DNA of 62,183 bases, filler included, from Choristocarpus tenellus KU-1152 (taxonomy: Eukaryota; Protista; Phaeophyceae), in the NCBI GenBank assembly GCA_964200185.2. It is 11 parts of 11 records of this genome, joined end to end, with 100 filler letters (N's around TTAATTAATTAA, not from the genome) between each part and the next. Parts side by side here need not be neighbours in the genome. Positions count along the whole stretch, not along the records: positions 1 to 7,374 come from CAXNAD020006251.1; positions 7,475 to 17,696 come from CAXNAD020003062.1; 9 more parts are not named here. The stretch is one strand, 5' to 3'. Of the stretch, positions 1 through 11,450 are shown one piece after another. Position 1 is the first letter of the stretch. Every line of letters starts with the position of its first letter. The translations under genes and the position numbers were made by a program. Under the pieces are notes generated by a model. The model was given only the letters and a program-made list of their open reading frames with translations. It was not told the DNA's origin and did not search any database.

Positions 1-172
1 GGGGGAGGGGGGGTGGCGGCTGTCCATTCGGGGGCCCACTTTTTCATGTCGCGATTTTTGGGTGAATTTGGTTGCATACATCAAATGTATAATGCAAGTG
101 CACTTCTCCTGATCAGGGCCTGAATGGACACCCTGGTGTAGAACCTCCCTCCCCCAAGAGATACTTTGAGTC
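1..172 (+). mobile_element. MITE family A (5' truncated by window edge)
   Basis: Family A body, ending in AGATACTTTGAGTC. Confidence 0.85.
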
Positions 173-206
173 GTAATTCAACTACACATCCTCTCCGAAC
201 ATCTGC

Positions 207-1738
207 CTAGAGCTTTTTGCATGTAGGGGCTAGGTTCCCCACCATTTTCTCCAGAATATCTATTCTCCTCCTGGCAGCAGTTACTTCCTCATGTCTCTTC
301 TTGTCTTTCTCCCGCCTATCCCATTTCTTTTCCCTGGCCTTCAGACCCAGTCCGTTTTCCAGGGTGGATCCATTGATGTATGCCTGAGAGCAATACCTTC
401 CACGAGAGGTGCTAAGGGAAGTGTGAGATTGAACAAGGAGAGAGCTCTCATCACGTGATAACCCAGCTTGTGATGTGGCAGAGTCCAATGTCACATCTAC
501 CTGACTATGATTGACAAACATCATGGTCACTCTGTGTTCCCTTTGGGACCTGGGTTCAGGAGGAAGTTTTGGAGTTGTGTGAGCTCTGAACCACCTGTCA
601 CTTGAACTTATACTGGTAGAGCATTCTTCGGCAAGGATGCTGTGTCCGTATTCTGTGTCCATGTGATTCTCTCTCTCCATGATTGGATCGCTAGTGTCAC
701 TTCCTACTACTGGAAAATTATAAGCCATGGTCGGTGCCCCTCCCATGCGGTTTGAGATGTGCCCAATATCGAAAGACTGAATAGCTAGCAAGGCATCCTC
801 GAGGTCATCCAATGGCAGCGGCTTAGTCAGGGACCTTGCATTCAGGGTGTTCCTCATTCTTCCTACAAAAGCTGCTGCCTGAGTATCCGCAGTGTGTTAA
901 CCGACACATGGGCAATGTTCCTTACATATTTATTTGAGAAAATAGGACTCAAGAATAGGTATGTGGAAGACGGTGAGGCTTAGAACAATGTGTGTGGCGG
1001 ACTGTTTTAAGATTTGGGGAAAGGTCTGATCACTTAAGGGGCTAGGTCTCTCTAACCTCTCCAGAATAGCTATCGCTCAAGATGAAAATTCTATACATTG
1101 ACGAGGAGAGTCGATATTGTTCGCCTGAGTTTAATTTACTCCTTTACCTTTAGAACCACCAGCAATCCAGCAACGTGGAGTGCTGATTTACGATCAGTTG
1201 GCCGGGCTTGTATTACACAATGTTGGAGTCCGGTGAACCTTGAGGCAATCATCTCTTCAACTCGCATGTTCGTCTTGCTGCCCATGGGTGGTTCTCCGAG
1301 CCTTGTATTGGTACCAGCTGCATTAGGGGGCCCTACCCCGGAACAACGCATTATTTGCAGTGCGAGGATACTGTTTGGGAGTCCGCTGTTGTTGTCAACA
1401 CCACCTTCCTCATCCTGACGTTTTGTAGAATTTTTAACTCCAATATTCACATCTGGTGTTGTCATTCTTCCCGATATTGTGCTCAACCTCTCTGTCTGGT
1501 CTTGTGCTGAGTGGGGATGATCCATGTATCTGTTTCGCTTCATTGACATCACGCCACGAGATGTTGGTCGCCCTCCCCCTCGACCATGCACGAATACACC
1601 TTTTGTAGAAGAGGTGACTGGAGAATGATCATAGCTGGGTTCCACCACTGGTGTCACAAGCCACGGTAGTTCCTGCAGTTCCGACCTCCGCCCAAGCCGA
1701 GAGTGGGGGAGGGATTCCTCCACCCTGGGGCTACCCAA
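207..1738 (-). other. Two long intronless ORFs (216 and 200 aa) of unknown origin, possibly a decayed retroelement ORF1/gag-like region or large exons
   Basis: Unusually long ORFs for this intron-rich DNA, S/T-rich, with a terminal charged coiled-coil-like stretch. No recognisable domain. Confidence 0.3.
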
Positions 1739-3467
1739 GGTAAACTGAGACGATGTGGAGACACAGAAAGTTGAGGGCTAGTATGGGAAAATGGTAATTG
1801 TTTAATTCTGGTCTTTCCACTTTTCTAAGAATCTTTTCCCTCGTGAGCAATTTGCTTTGGGATTTTGAAGATGACAAAGAGGCTGGGACGCACTAGACTA
1901 GATATGTTGCGAGGTATACACAGTACCTTCCTCCGAGACTCTGTCCTTCGGTGTCCACGCCTTGCTTGGTGCCGTTTGTATTGAATGAAAGGTGACTCGT
2001 CCTGCCACAAAGAACATTTAGGGTGTGGTTATGCCCTAATTGGAAAGCGTAGGGGATACACTTTTTTCATACGAACACGACTCACAAGCGTCTCCAGCAA
2101 CCTTAACCTCTTGATGGCATCAGCTGGAATCACCACACTAACTTCTTTGTAACCCATAATTAGCCGTTGGGATAGCCCATGCTTGGCAAAGCTGACGAAG
2201 TGGTCAATCGACCTATCTATGAAAGGATAAGATATTTTGACCTCTACCCACAACCTTGTTTATGGAACTCATCATACTTCACAACGAATATCCTGTGTGA
2301 AAAAGTGAAACCGTGAAGCAAGAAACGACATCCAAACAAGTACATGTACTCAACCTTGAGTTGGTGTAGGGTTCTGGCAGGGTCCTTTTAGTAAATTGTT
2401 CTTCTGTAATTTCCTTGGGGCTATAAGACCCATGTGGTTCACGTAATATATTTGAGTTGGGATGCAAAGGTAGAGAAGAAAGTGTTAGAGTATACATTTC
2501 ACCATAATTCAGGATAAGAGGAAAGGGATGAGGCGGTGAGTGACAGAAATCAGCCTGGGGACAACATGGACGCCTAAACCTATGGATCGCGGTTCAACGA
2601 GTAGGTGCCTCCGATCCTGAAACAGCGCTCCTAAGATTCACTACCACTCCGGGCGCAGATTTTGGAGAACGTTCTAGGATAATTCGCTAGCCTACAGGTC
2701 AATCATGAATACCCAAGCAGAAAATCTTGTATTAGCGCTCCAAAATAGCGAGAAGGAGTGCATGGAAGCCGCTGGCACCGCCTTAATGTTGCAAGTGAGT
2801 TCATAAGGGCTGACGTGGAAAATATTGGAGGGAATTTACGCAAGGGTAAAAGGTTTTTGACTGCCGTGTCTCCTGTCCCTTAGTTGGGGCAGTCCTTCAA
2901 CATAGTGGAAGAATCGTACTCATACCCAGCCCTAACCCTACACAACTTCTCTGTCACCACATCTCCGTATCCTCTATTACCTGGTGAGTAGGAGCTCACA
3001 GAATTCGCGGCAGAAGGAGGGGTTGAAGCGAGGGAGGCGTTAGGTAGGGCAGGGGTATGTTTGGCAGTAGTTGAGATAGCATTGGAGGCGGTCAACCTGG
3101 GGGATACAATCATTCAGGAAGCATTCCTTAAGGCGGTTCTTGTGAGTAATATATGAAGCATATCAACAACTCCTAGACGTGAGGGTCCCAGAAACTTTCA
3201 GACCCGTTTTTTCCCAAGTAATAAAAAGTATGCCACCATCCAAAGGAATTCACCTATCGCCTCAGAGCCCTCGTTGACCTGAGATAGCACTATTTTTAGG
3301 GCAGGAAAAGTTAAACCATATATCAAATTACAGGTTCAAAGTAGGTGGGCTAGATCACTGACCGTCAAATTTGTCGTGGGAAAAGAATAGTTCATTTCCC
3401 AAGGCAATTTCACACCAATCATGCTGGGGTCTTTTCTGGATGTCTGCACAAATTCGACAGCACAAGC

Positions 3468-3717
3468 GACCCAAAGCATTTAAGAGAGTAGGAATTGTTT
3501 GTCTGTTCGGAGTTTGGCTTCCCACGGTTTTTTTATGCCCTTTTGGGTTTTCTGTTTGAACACAGTTACCTAAAATTCATACGAATATGAAAGGTATGTT
3601 CGGAACAAGGGTGTTGACACTTGCTAACAAACACGACAACCAAAATTACATCAAGATCGCAACATTGGATTTATGACCTCGAATGGATGTGGCCCTATCC
3701 TCTTAAGTGCTTTGACT
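3468..3717. mobile_element. MITE family B, old degenerate copy
   Basis: Colinear with 61584-61844 (TTGGCTTCCCA, TTGACACTTGCTAACAAACACG, ACATCAAGATCG), with decayed termini CAAAGCATTTAAGAG / CTCTTAAGTGCTTTG. Confidence 0.65.
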
Positions 3718-4436
3718 AGCTTACAAAGGGAATCTGTTAGGTGTTTCTGCAAATAGGTTTCCTATGGTTCCATTGATGAAGTTTCTTCAGGACAAACTGG
3801 ACATTGGTGACACTGCAATGTGTGGGCACCCTATCCCATAGGAAACAATCTACAGGTCAACACATGATAATAATAGTCGGCTCTGGAGGCTTGACAATGT
3901 ATCTGCCCTGGCCTGGCTGTTGCCTGCGGTTGATTCACACCTACACAAAGGGCTCTATCTCATTTTTACACTATTATTACTCTGATGTTGCTTTTACTCG
4001 TTCATCAATGCAGGGGATCCTAGTCAGAACACTTTGGATTCAGGTTAGAGGCTGAATACATTGCATGAAAACGGAAATTGTACAAATCTTGGTGCAAAAG
4101 AGGTTTTGATGGTCAATTCAGGGTATTTATCCAATATGCTAGCCATGTATCTTTTAAATTCAGTGAAGAACTTAGTATGTTTATACAAGTTTGGTCTGAC
4201 TTGTTTTTAGCCAAAAACAGCCTAAATTCTCCAGTCATTTTTAAGCTCTTATAAATGCCACCAACTAGATAAACACCAACTAGACAAAATACCACGAGAG
4301 AATCCTGAGACTCTACTTGTAACAGAATCCTCTAGATGTTTGGTGTCAATCTTACATAGTGACCTTCCAGCAGATAGCATATCTGAATTTTTTCTGCACA
4401 CTATGAACACTGTGTACTTGTGGTGATTCACTTCAG

Positions 4437-4873
4437 GAGATAAGTTCAGGGGTCAAAACCAACAGGATTGGAATGGTTGAGGCGAACGTGGCAGCTGTTG
4501 TTGTACAAACCATGTGGACTTTCTCAAGGTGAGGCAAGGATTTAATGGGCAAAACTAGTTTTGCACTCTTCCACATGTATTGCATATCATTCTCTACTTA
4601 AGGTCTTGGAGAAGACATAACTATTTTAGCTCCAACATGCTTATTGGGATGCATGGACTATCTGTGATGCAGGGAGAGAGAGAGACCTACCTCAACCTTT
4701 GGCAGCCCCCGTCATAATTTCATATATGTTCTATTTTTTGAGAGAAAATAATAAAGCTAGGGACGAGGAAATGGCTCAGCAAAATTTCTGTGATATTGTC
4801 AATTTAGGTTGGACACATGGAAGGGGTTCAGACTTTCATCCTGTCAAACTCATCCTGTCTCCTCAACGACGCC

Positions 4874-4912
<39 letters not shown>

Positions 4913-7189
4913 TGTGTATAAATCTGTGCAACTGGAAGTGATGAGGAGATTGCAAGGCTGGGTTGTCTGACGATCGGCATCCTTTCTCGAGATTTTATAC
5001 ATTTCAGAGTGGGGTCAAGTGGGGAAGAGACATGTTACGTTGGGGCCAATGATGTCCTAGGCAAGGCAGGGGCCTGTGAGGTTGTGATGCAGGCAATGTC
5101 TATGCACAGGTACACATTTCAGCGCATGTGGCCATCATACCAGGTTGACTGGGATTTGGGACAGCTGGGGACTGAGAGACTGATGTCCTTACTCCTGAGA
5201 GAGAATGGACTAGCAATTGTTCAGTTCTTGATTTAAGTATTCCTCCCTCATTACAACTTGATTTCACAGTGCCCACCTAGCTTCAATAACATCGCAGCAA
5301 GTCTCACAAGCTCAATATGCTAAAACTCTTGACTCTGAAAAACAGGTCTAACCGCACAGTGCAGCATGCAGGGTGTCAATCCATAGTGAACCTCACCTAT
5401 CGATGCCCAACCAATTCTGAGAGGTTGACAAAAGCTGGCTGCTGCCCAATGTTACTATCCATCACTTCTTGCTTTTGCCCTGGCGAAGACATAGGAAGCC
5501 AGGTGCATAAAGCAACGTTTGATGCGTGTGAAAAACGTGTTCTTTCCGTCCCTCTTGCCCTCTCCTACCGACAAAAAATACACTCTAAATCACAAAACGG
5601 TTGGTACATCCTCTTCACAAAGGGTCTGGAAATTGCCTAGCATGGGGTACATGGTGCACACATCAGGTTGCACTCCCCAATCGACACACTTGAGGCTGGT
5701 GATCATGTCAACAATAAAAGATGGTGCTGATTCTGCAAACACTCTACATTCTTACATCACCCATACAAAATAATCCAAGCCTCTATCTACATATATCTAC
5801 ATATCAAATATACATAGTTAAGTCAACTAGTGCCTATAAAAATACCTCTGAAGCAATGTCTACTGTCTCATCGCACTTGCACTTACCTAGACAGCATGCA
5901 GTATAGCACACTACCCACTCTGCTTTATCCTATCCTCATATTTCCTTCTCCTACTTGTCCCTGTCCTATCATCCCTCAGGAATTAGTACTCTGGGCAATA
6001 GCCAATCTTGCCTGCAACAACTCAGCTGCTGCTGCGTTGGTCCAGGCTGGAGGCGGTGAAGTAGTCGCTGGCTTCATTTGCACAGCTACATCCGCAGTCC
6101 AAAAATCTGGAGGAGATGTTAAGGCTCTATGCCTAGTTCTTGGTCCAGCCCTAACAGCTCTTGAGAACGTACTGATCGGAGAAGGGGTGGAGGAGTGTTG
6201 TGGGGGTACTTATATGAGCAGTTGCCAGGCCATTGTGAACGTCATGAACACCATGGTAGAGGTTGGGCAGAAGATCGAGTTGGAAGGGAGGATGGATGCA
6301 CAAGATTGTGCAAGGATATTCAAGGTTGCGTGAGTTTGTACATAGGGTGGCACAACAATTGATGGGATACAGGGAATCCAGTTGTCACTATGGCTTGCAT
6401 GATTTTCAAGGGGATTACATTGGAGTACATGTGCTGGTTTGCCTTCTACCCCAAATTACTTTCATTTTTACTAAATTCAATGCTTCCTTTGCTGTTGAGG
6501 AATTTGCTGCTATTGTCACAACAGTGTTCAAAAATGCAATAACCCTAACCCTCAAATTGATCGTGTCTATGGAGTCGCAAGACACTCACAGATCCTGGTG
6601 CATTTACTTGTATGGCACAGTTGTTCAACAGCCCTCAGTATTGGGGAATTAGGAGAAAATTGGGAGATACTGGGCAAAGGAGGAGCTTGTGAGGCCGCTG
6701 TGAGAGGTTTCCAGCTCTTCCTGGATATGCCCCAGTCAGTTGTGGAGGTTAGGGTTAGGGATAGGATTAGGGTACAGTATGTTCTTAACCTGTTCAAGAC
6801 GATAGTGCAAACTTTTCTCTTGGAGATATATGGAGATAAGACAACTTTTTTTTTACTTGTCTATCTGTTCCAGTACTAGGGACAATAAAAATGAAACATT
6901 GCTGGAGAATGCACCATGGATCAAGCTAGATAATAGCTACACCCCCCGCCCCCTCATTTTCCCTTGGGAATCCGGTTTTGTGCTTTAGCTTCAGCTTCCC
7001 CTTCCCCCTCCCCCCTCTCCCTCTCTTCAACTGTATCTCTTCCTAACAACTTGTCAGGGAGCAATACTTGTGACCAATCTTGCATTTGAAAGTGATACCA
7101 ATCGAGATCGACTAGAGGAGGCATCTGTAGGTGATGCATTGGTAATGGCACTGCACCGGTTCAGCAGAGATGCCATCACCACAGAGCAG
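4437..7189 (+). CDS. Armadillo/ARM-repeat protein, partial (6 internal exons, 3' end lost at contig break)
   Basis: Phase-consistent GT-AG exons 4437-4528, 4939-5109, 5346-5502, 5980-6324, 6592-6747, 7058-7189. Translation has recurring ARM-like units: LGKAGACEVVMQAM, VQHAGCQSIVNL, LWAIANLA..AAALVQAGGGEVV, LGKGGACEAAV, LVTNLAFESDTNRDRL. Confidence 0.8.
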
Positions 7190-7215
7190 GTGAGATTCAT
7201 AACAGCACCAATCCT

Positions 7216-7374
7216 GGCTTAAAGTATCTGGGAGGGGGTAGCGGCTGTCGATTTGTGGTCAATTTTTTCATGTCGCGTTTTTTGGGCAATTTGGTTGCAT
7301 ACATTGGATGGATAATGTAAATGCACTTTTCCTGATTTTGGTCAAATGGACACCCTGGTGTAGATCCCCCCTCC
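7216..7374 (+). mobile_element. MITE family A (runs into gap)
   Basis: GGCTTAAAGTATCTGGG terminus plus family A body. Confidence 0.85.
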
Positions 7375-7474
7375 NNNNNNNNNNNNNNNNNNNNNNNNNN
7401 NNNNNNNNNNNNNNNNNNTTAATTAATTAANNNNNNNNNNNNNNNNNNNNNNNNNNNNNNNNNNNNNNNNNNNN
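7375..7474. other. Artificial contig linker N44-TTAATTAATTAA-N44 (first of 10)
   Basis: The same 100-nt linker, with stops in all six frames, recurs at 17697, 23215, 30631, 35419, 38322, 41082, 49772, 53365 and 56668. Confidence 0.97.
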
Positions 7475-7553
7475 CAATTCAAACCAAAAACGTGAAAATC
7501 GAAAAAAGGGTGAAACACGGATGCCGGCACCCCCCCCCCAGATACTTTGACCC
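7475..7553 (-). mobile_element. MITE family C end
   Basis: Reverse-complement match to 17531-17600, ending AGATACTTTGACCC. Confidence 0.75.
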
Positions 7554-7622
7554 TTTTCCTGATTTTGACCCAAATGGACCCCCTGGTCTAGACCTACCCA
7601 CCCCTCCCAGATACTTTGGGTC
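7554..7622 (+). mobile_element. MITE family A, right half
   Basis: TTTTCCTGATTTTGACCCAAATGGAC...CCCAGATACTTTGGGTC directly abutting the family C terminus. Confidence 0.8.
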
Positions 7623-7739
7623 TGGCCTGAGATGTACCTGGGTTTATTAGGATGCAAAAAGATATATGTATATATATTAATTCTTTTATTGTGGATGAGA
7701 GATATTTATGTTTGGCAAAGAAGAATACAATATGTAAGC

Positions 7740-8400
7740 GTTTGTTATCAGCTAGGGGTCAGGGCATAAGAGCCCTCATGGGTGATATTCTGCGGTTTGC
7801 TTAATGCTATATCCCTATCTTCAATTGCTTGGGTGATTAATCAAGTATGTTTTGGTTCTTCCAAATCTCAACCCAGAACTACTTTTACTAATAGCTTCTA
7901 AGAATAGGTCAGAAAGTAATCGGGTTTTGGTGAGAAGTGAACTACATGACAAGTGTCCCGGAACGCTGGTTAGGTATCCTTGCAAACCCCTTCTGAAACA
8001 GGCCTAAAATCGCAAATCTTTCAATGCTACTGCTCTGATGAGTTGTCTTCTGGAGTTTGTCAAAGGACTTTGTCTACTCTAGACAGAATTAGAAGAACTA
8101 TTTGAGTGTAGTCTAGTCTCAGGACGATCTTGCAAGAAAAAGTCGTGGTGGTGACCCTGTCGGTTCTGGGAACAGCAGCTGTTGTGGAGGATAATTTTGA
8201 AATCCAGGGGGGTACTGTTCCCTAAGACAGACAGTCAACATGCTCAATCACCCTCCTTGAAGTGAAGTGTTGAAGTAGACATAGGACTATCTCAGTGATG
8301 GCAAGATATAAACGATTGACAATCTAGTCGAACACCATTGCAGTACCAATCTAGGAAATATTCATCAACAGTCCAGGACAAGAGGGATCTGGGTCGTTCT
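7740..8400 (-). pseudogene. Possible decayed 3' end of a non-LTR retrotransposon ORF2
   Basis: Interrupted minus-strand translation includes CCSQNRQGHHHDFF followed by FWVEIWKNQN, resembling the C/H region and WxxIWxxRN motif at LINE ORF2 ends, then an AT-rich tail. Weak. Confidence 0.3.
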
Positions 8401-11400
8401 CCTCTTCAAGACCAGTGTGGATAGCATGTAGGTACAGTGGGTCAACAAGGTATAGAACGTATTGCAGCTCACAGCAGAAAATAGTAAAAGAACTGAGCAT
8501 TGGGCAGGACTGTATTCACAACCAAAACGACGATTGGCACACCACCCCACCCCTACAAGCTCACCATATGCTTACCAACATCTACAAGTCAACTTTTCCT
8601 TCGACCTCTATGGAACCCGTCAACTGTATAGTATAGTATATATAAACTGTATAACTAAGTCTACATTATGTACCTCAAGGACAGTCACTGTTGTAGCACA
8701 TCACCACCATTACAAGAAAAAAATCCTCAGAGTCAAGATGACCCTCCAGGTTCACGAGGTTAAGCTTTTTTCACTCAAAATCTGGATAGCCAGGGCTGCA
8801 AAAGGTGCCAGTGTGTGTCAGGTATTACATTCCTGCAACCAACCTCTTTGTTTTTTGCTTCAAGCATTCCATCGCGAACACGGAGCAGGCGAGGGATCTC
8901 TTCCTTGGTGAGTATCCGTGTGTAACCTGCTTCTCTGCGCTTTTCTTTTCGGAACCTTTTGAGTTTCCGACGTCCACTCTTGCTGGAACTATTTTTGCTC
9001 GCCTGGCTCGAGTTTGGGATTGTGCTGACCCTCGAGTCTGGGAGTTGTTTGCATGTTTGTAGAGGGTGAGGTTCGCCTTCTAGCAATGGTGGATGATTCT
9101 TTCGATAAGAAGCCAAACAAATAGGCCTTCATAACCTGTATCGCAGCTATCTTGCTTTGCTCTACCGTTGTTGTAATTTTGAAAGTTGTTTGAGTCTAAC
9201 GTGTCTCTACATCACCTAGAGGTTCGCCTCTATATTTGTCTGACCTCATCTCAGCTAGTATGAGTACTTACTCAAACCTTGGTAGCATCCCATCACGTAT
9301 GACACAGTGGATGGCATTACTCGTCAGTACAAGTATCGTCAGTACGTTCTTAAAAATTGTCAGGGATGGTCGTCTGCTATTGTTGAAGATGGTGGTAACC
9401 TCTGTGTGACCTTTTACATCTCCCAAAGTGTACTATAATACATCGTACAACCACAAGACATCGTGGTTCGCTTACAGGAAGCGGGGATGAGGTGCGACAT
9501 AGAAGAAGCTCGTGATTTGGATGGATATTCTGTTTAGCATTGATCTAACACACAGAATCGATATCCTCCCTAATAACGCTCAATTAGAGGCGCAAAGTGT
9601 TATCTCCAGGCCAGTGAAGTGATAGCCCACCTCTGCTGAAAATACTCGCACAGCTGCCCTCGGAATCAGACAAAGAAGCCCTGCGGGAACAGGGACTGAC
9701 TAATACATTCTCGCCGTAGTCTCCCTCTTTGCTGAATTCCTCCTCCTCCCCACCATGTTCCTGAGTGCTCTGCTCCCTAGAACTATCCAGGACTTCTTCC
9801 ACCCTTCTCCCACACTCTTGACCACTTTCCTTTCCGTCCTTACTCTCGCTGTCATGGACGCTGCCAACACCTTGGCCATTATCAACAACCCCATCGACAC
9901 CTACGCCAAGGGCTCCTATGTTTCGATTCCTTTTGCTTATCATCTCGTATTTTTCTCCAGTCCGGCCTTTAAGTGGTGGTGGTCATGTGCTTGATGTTGA
10001 ACACTATCAACAAATAGCACGAAATTGGTAACTGCTAACCGACGCCTCCTCGATATCAATTTTTGCGCAACTACAACGAGACTAAACCTGAACTGTTGTG
10101 GAAGGAACTGAATCTCAAGGGCAGTGTCCTACCAGCCAAACTTGTCACAAGTGGGCAAAAAATAATAGAAATGTCTTTCGCAACGAGGCGTTCCATGGCC
10201 TTGTTGCGACGGATGATCGAGACTCAGAAACGCTCTGTTCACGGCACAGGTGATAGGAAGCGTCCATTGCCATTTGCTAAAGGGTAGGATGAGGACTGAA
10301 ATTGGAGGGAGGGGTTTTAAATCGCCCTCATTTGTGGTCACATAGAGTATTGCATGCCTTTTTTCCCTGTCGGTAGCTTACTCCCGTTCGGTTTGTTTCA
10401 CAAGAGAGCATCTTGGCAATTAAAATGGGTTGGAAGAAGTCTAGGCAATTTGGGTGGGAGAGTCCACAGCATACGTGGCGTCCCGCAGATGTCCTAATCC
10501 CCGTAATTCATCATTTCGGGTGATCTATATAGCTCTCCTACCGGCAAGATTATTGTTGGTGACTCGCGACTGTTGGGGGTTGTGCAATGTGTTGACCTCA
10601 TTGTCGAATTGCCACCAATCCTCCCCGCGGCTCGAGGTGGCGAGAACACGAGCGGTTCACTCGCACATTAGATAAGAAATCAATGCAGTTGTGGTGCAGT
10701 GGAAAAGCGACGTGTGTGTGAGGGTGTCGATTCTACGGCTAAGATCCCCGAGTTGTTTCTTTATACTGTAATAGTATTCAGGGGAACTTGCTGTGTGGTT
10801 AATTGGTTTGTTTCTACCTATATGCATACCTTGATAGTGGTAAATTCGTGAATGAGCAATCCGTGTTCCTTCCACAACTCTCTCGCCATATATGACAAAC
10901 CAAAGTGGTAGGGTGATTGATCTCTCACTGTCGTACAGGAAACGTGTGTCTTCACCGCCATATCGCCTTTGGCTTACTCCCCCTCCCTTCTCTGTTGGCG
11001 CCGCTATCAGTAACGACGGCCACTTTGTCTTGCTTATCTTTTTTCTTATTATGTAATTGCATTATTGGACTAAAAGTTGAACAATACGTTCTTTCAACTG
11101 ACTTCCTTTACCTGACTTCACCACTTGTGTACAACTACTTGTGCGCCAGTGCCTAACCCTAACCCTAACCCTAACCCTAACTATAGGGCCCTTTTGGGGG
11201 TTGGGCTGCCGATTAATTTTGGACATCCTGTTTAGTTATACTGTGTCACAAGCTAACCTTAACCCTAACCCTAAACCAACACACACAATCATTTCACTGG
11301 CATGTTGTGCCTCTATTCCACGCCATGACACCCTGCTGTTGACCCCCTTTCAATATTGCTCGTAATCTGTATTTTTGTATTGCTGGCAAATCGGATGGAT

Positions 11401-11450
11401 GGATGGATGGATGGATGCACCAATGAATTGCTCTGTGAATGTCTGAGCAG

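Noticed and set aside
7419-7430. Recurrent TTAATTAATTAA palindrome as a biological motif
   Set aside because: Always centred in identical N padding; it is an artificial six-frame-stop linker.
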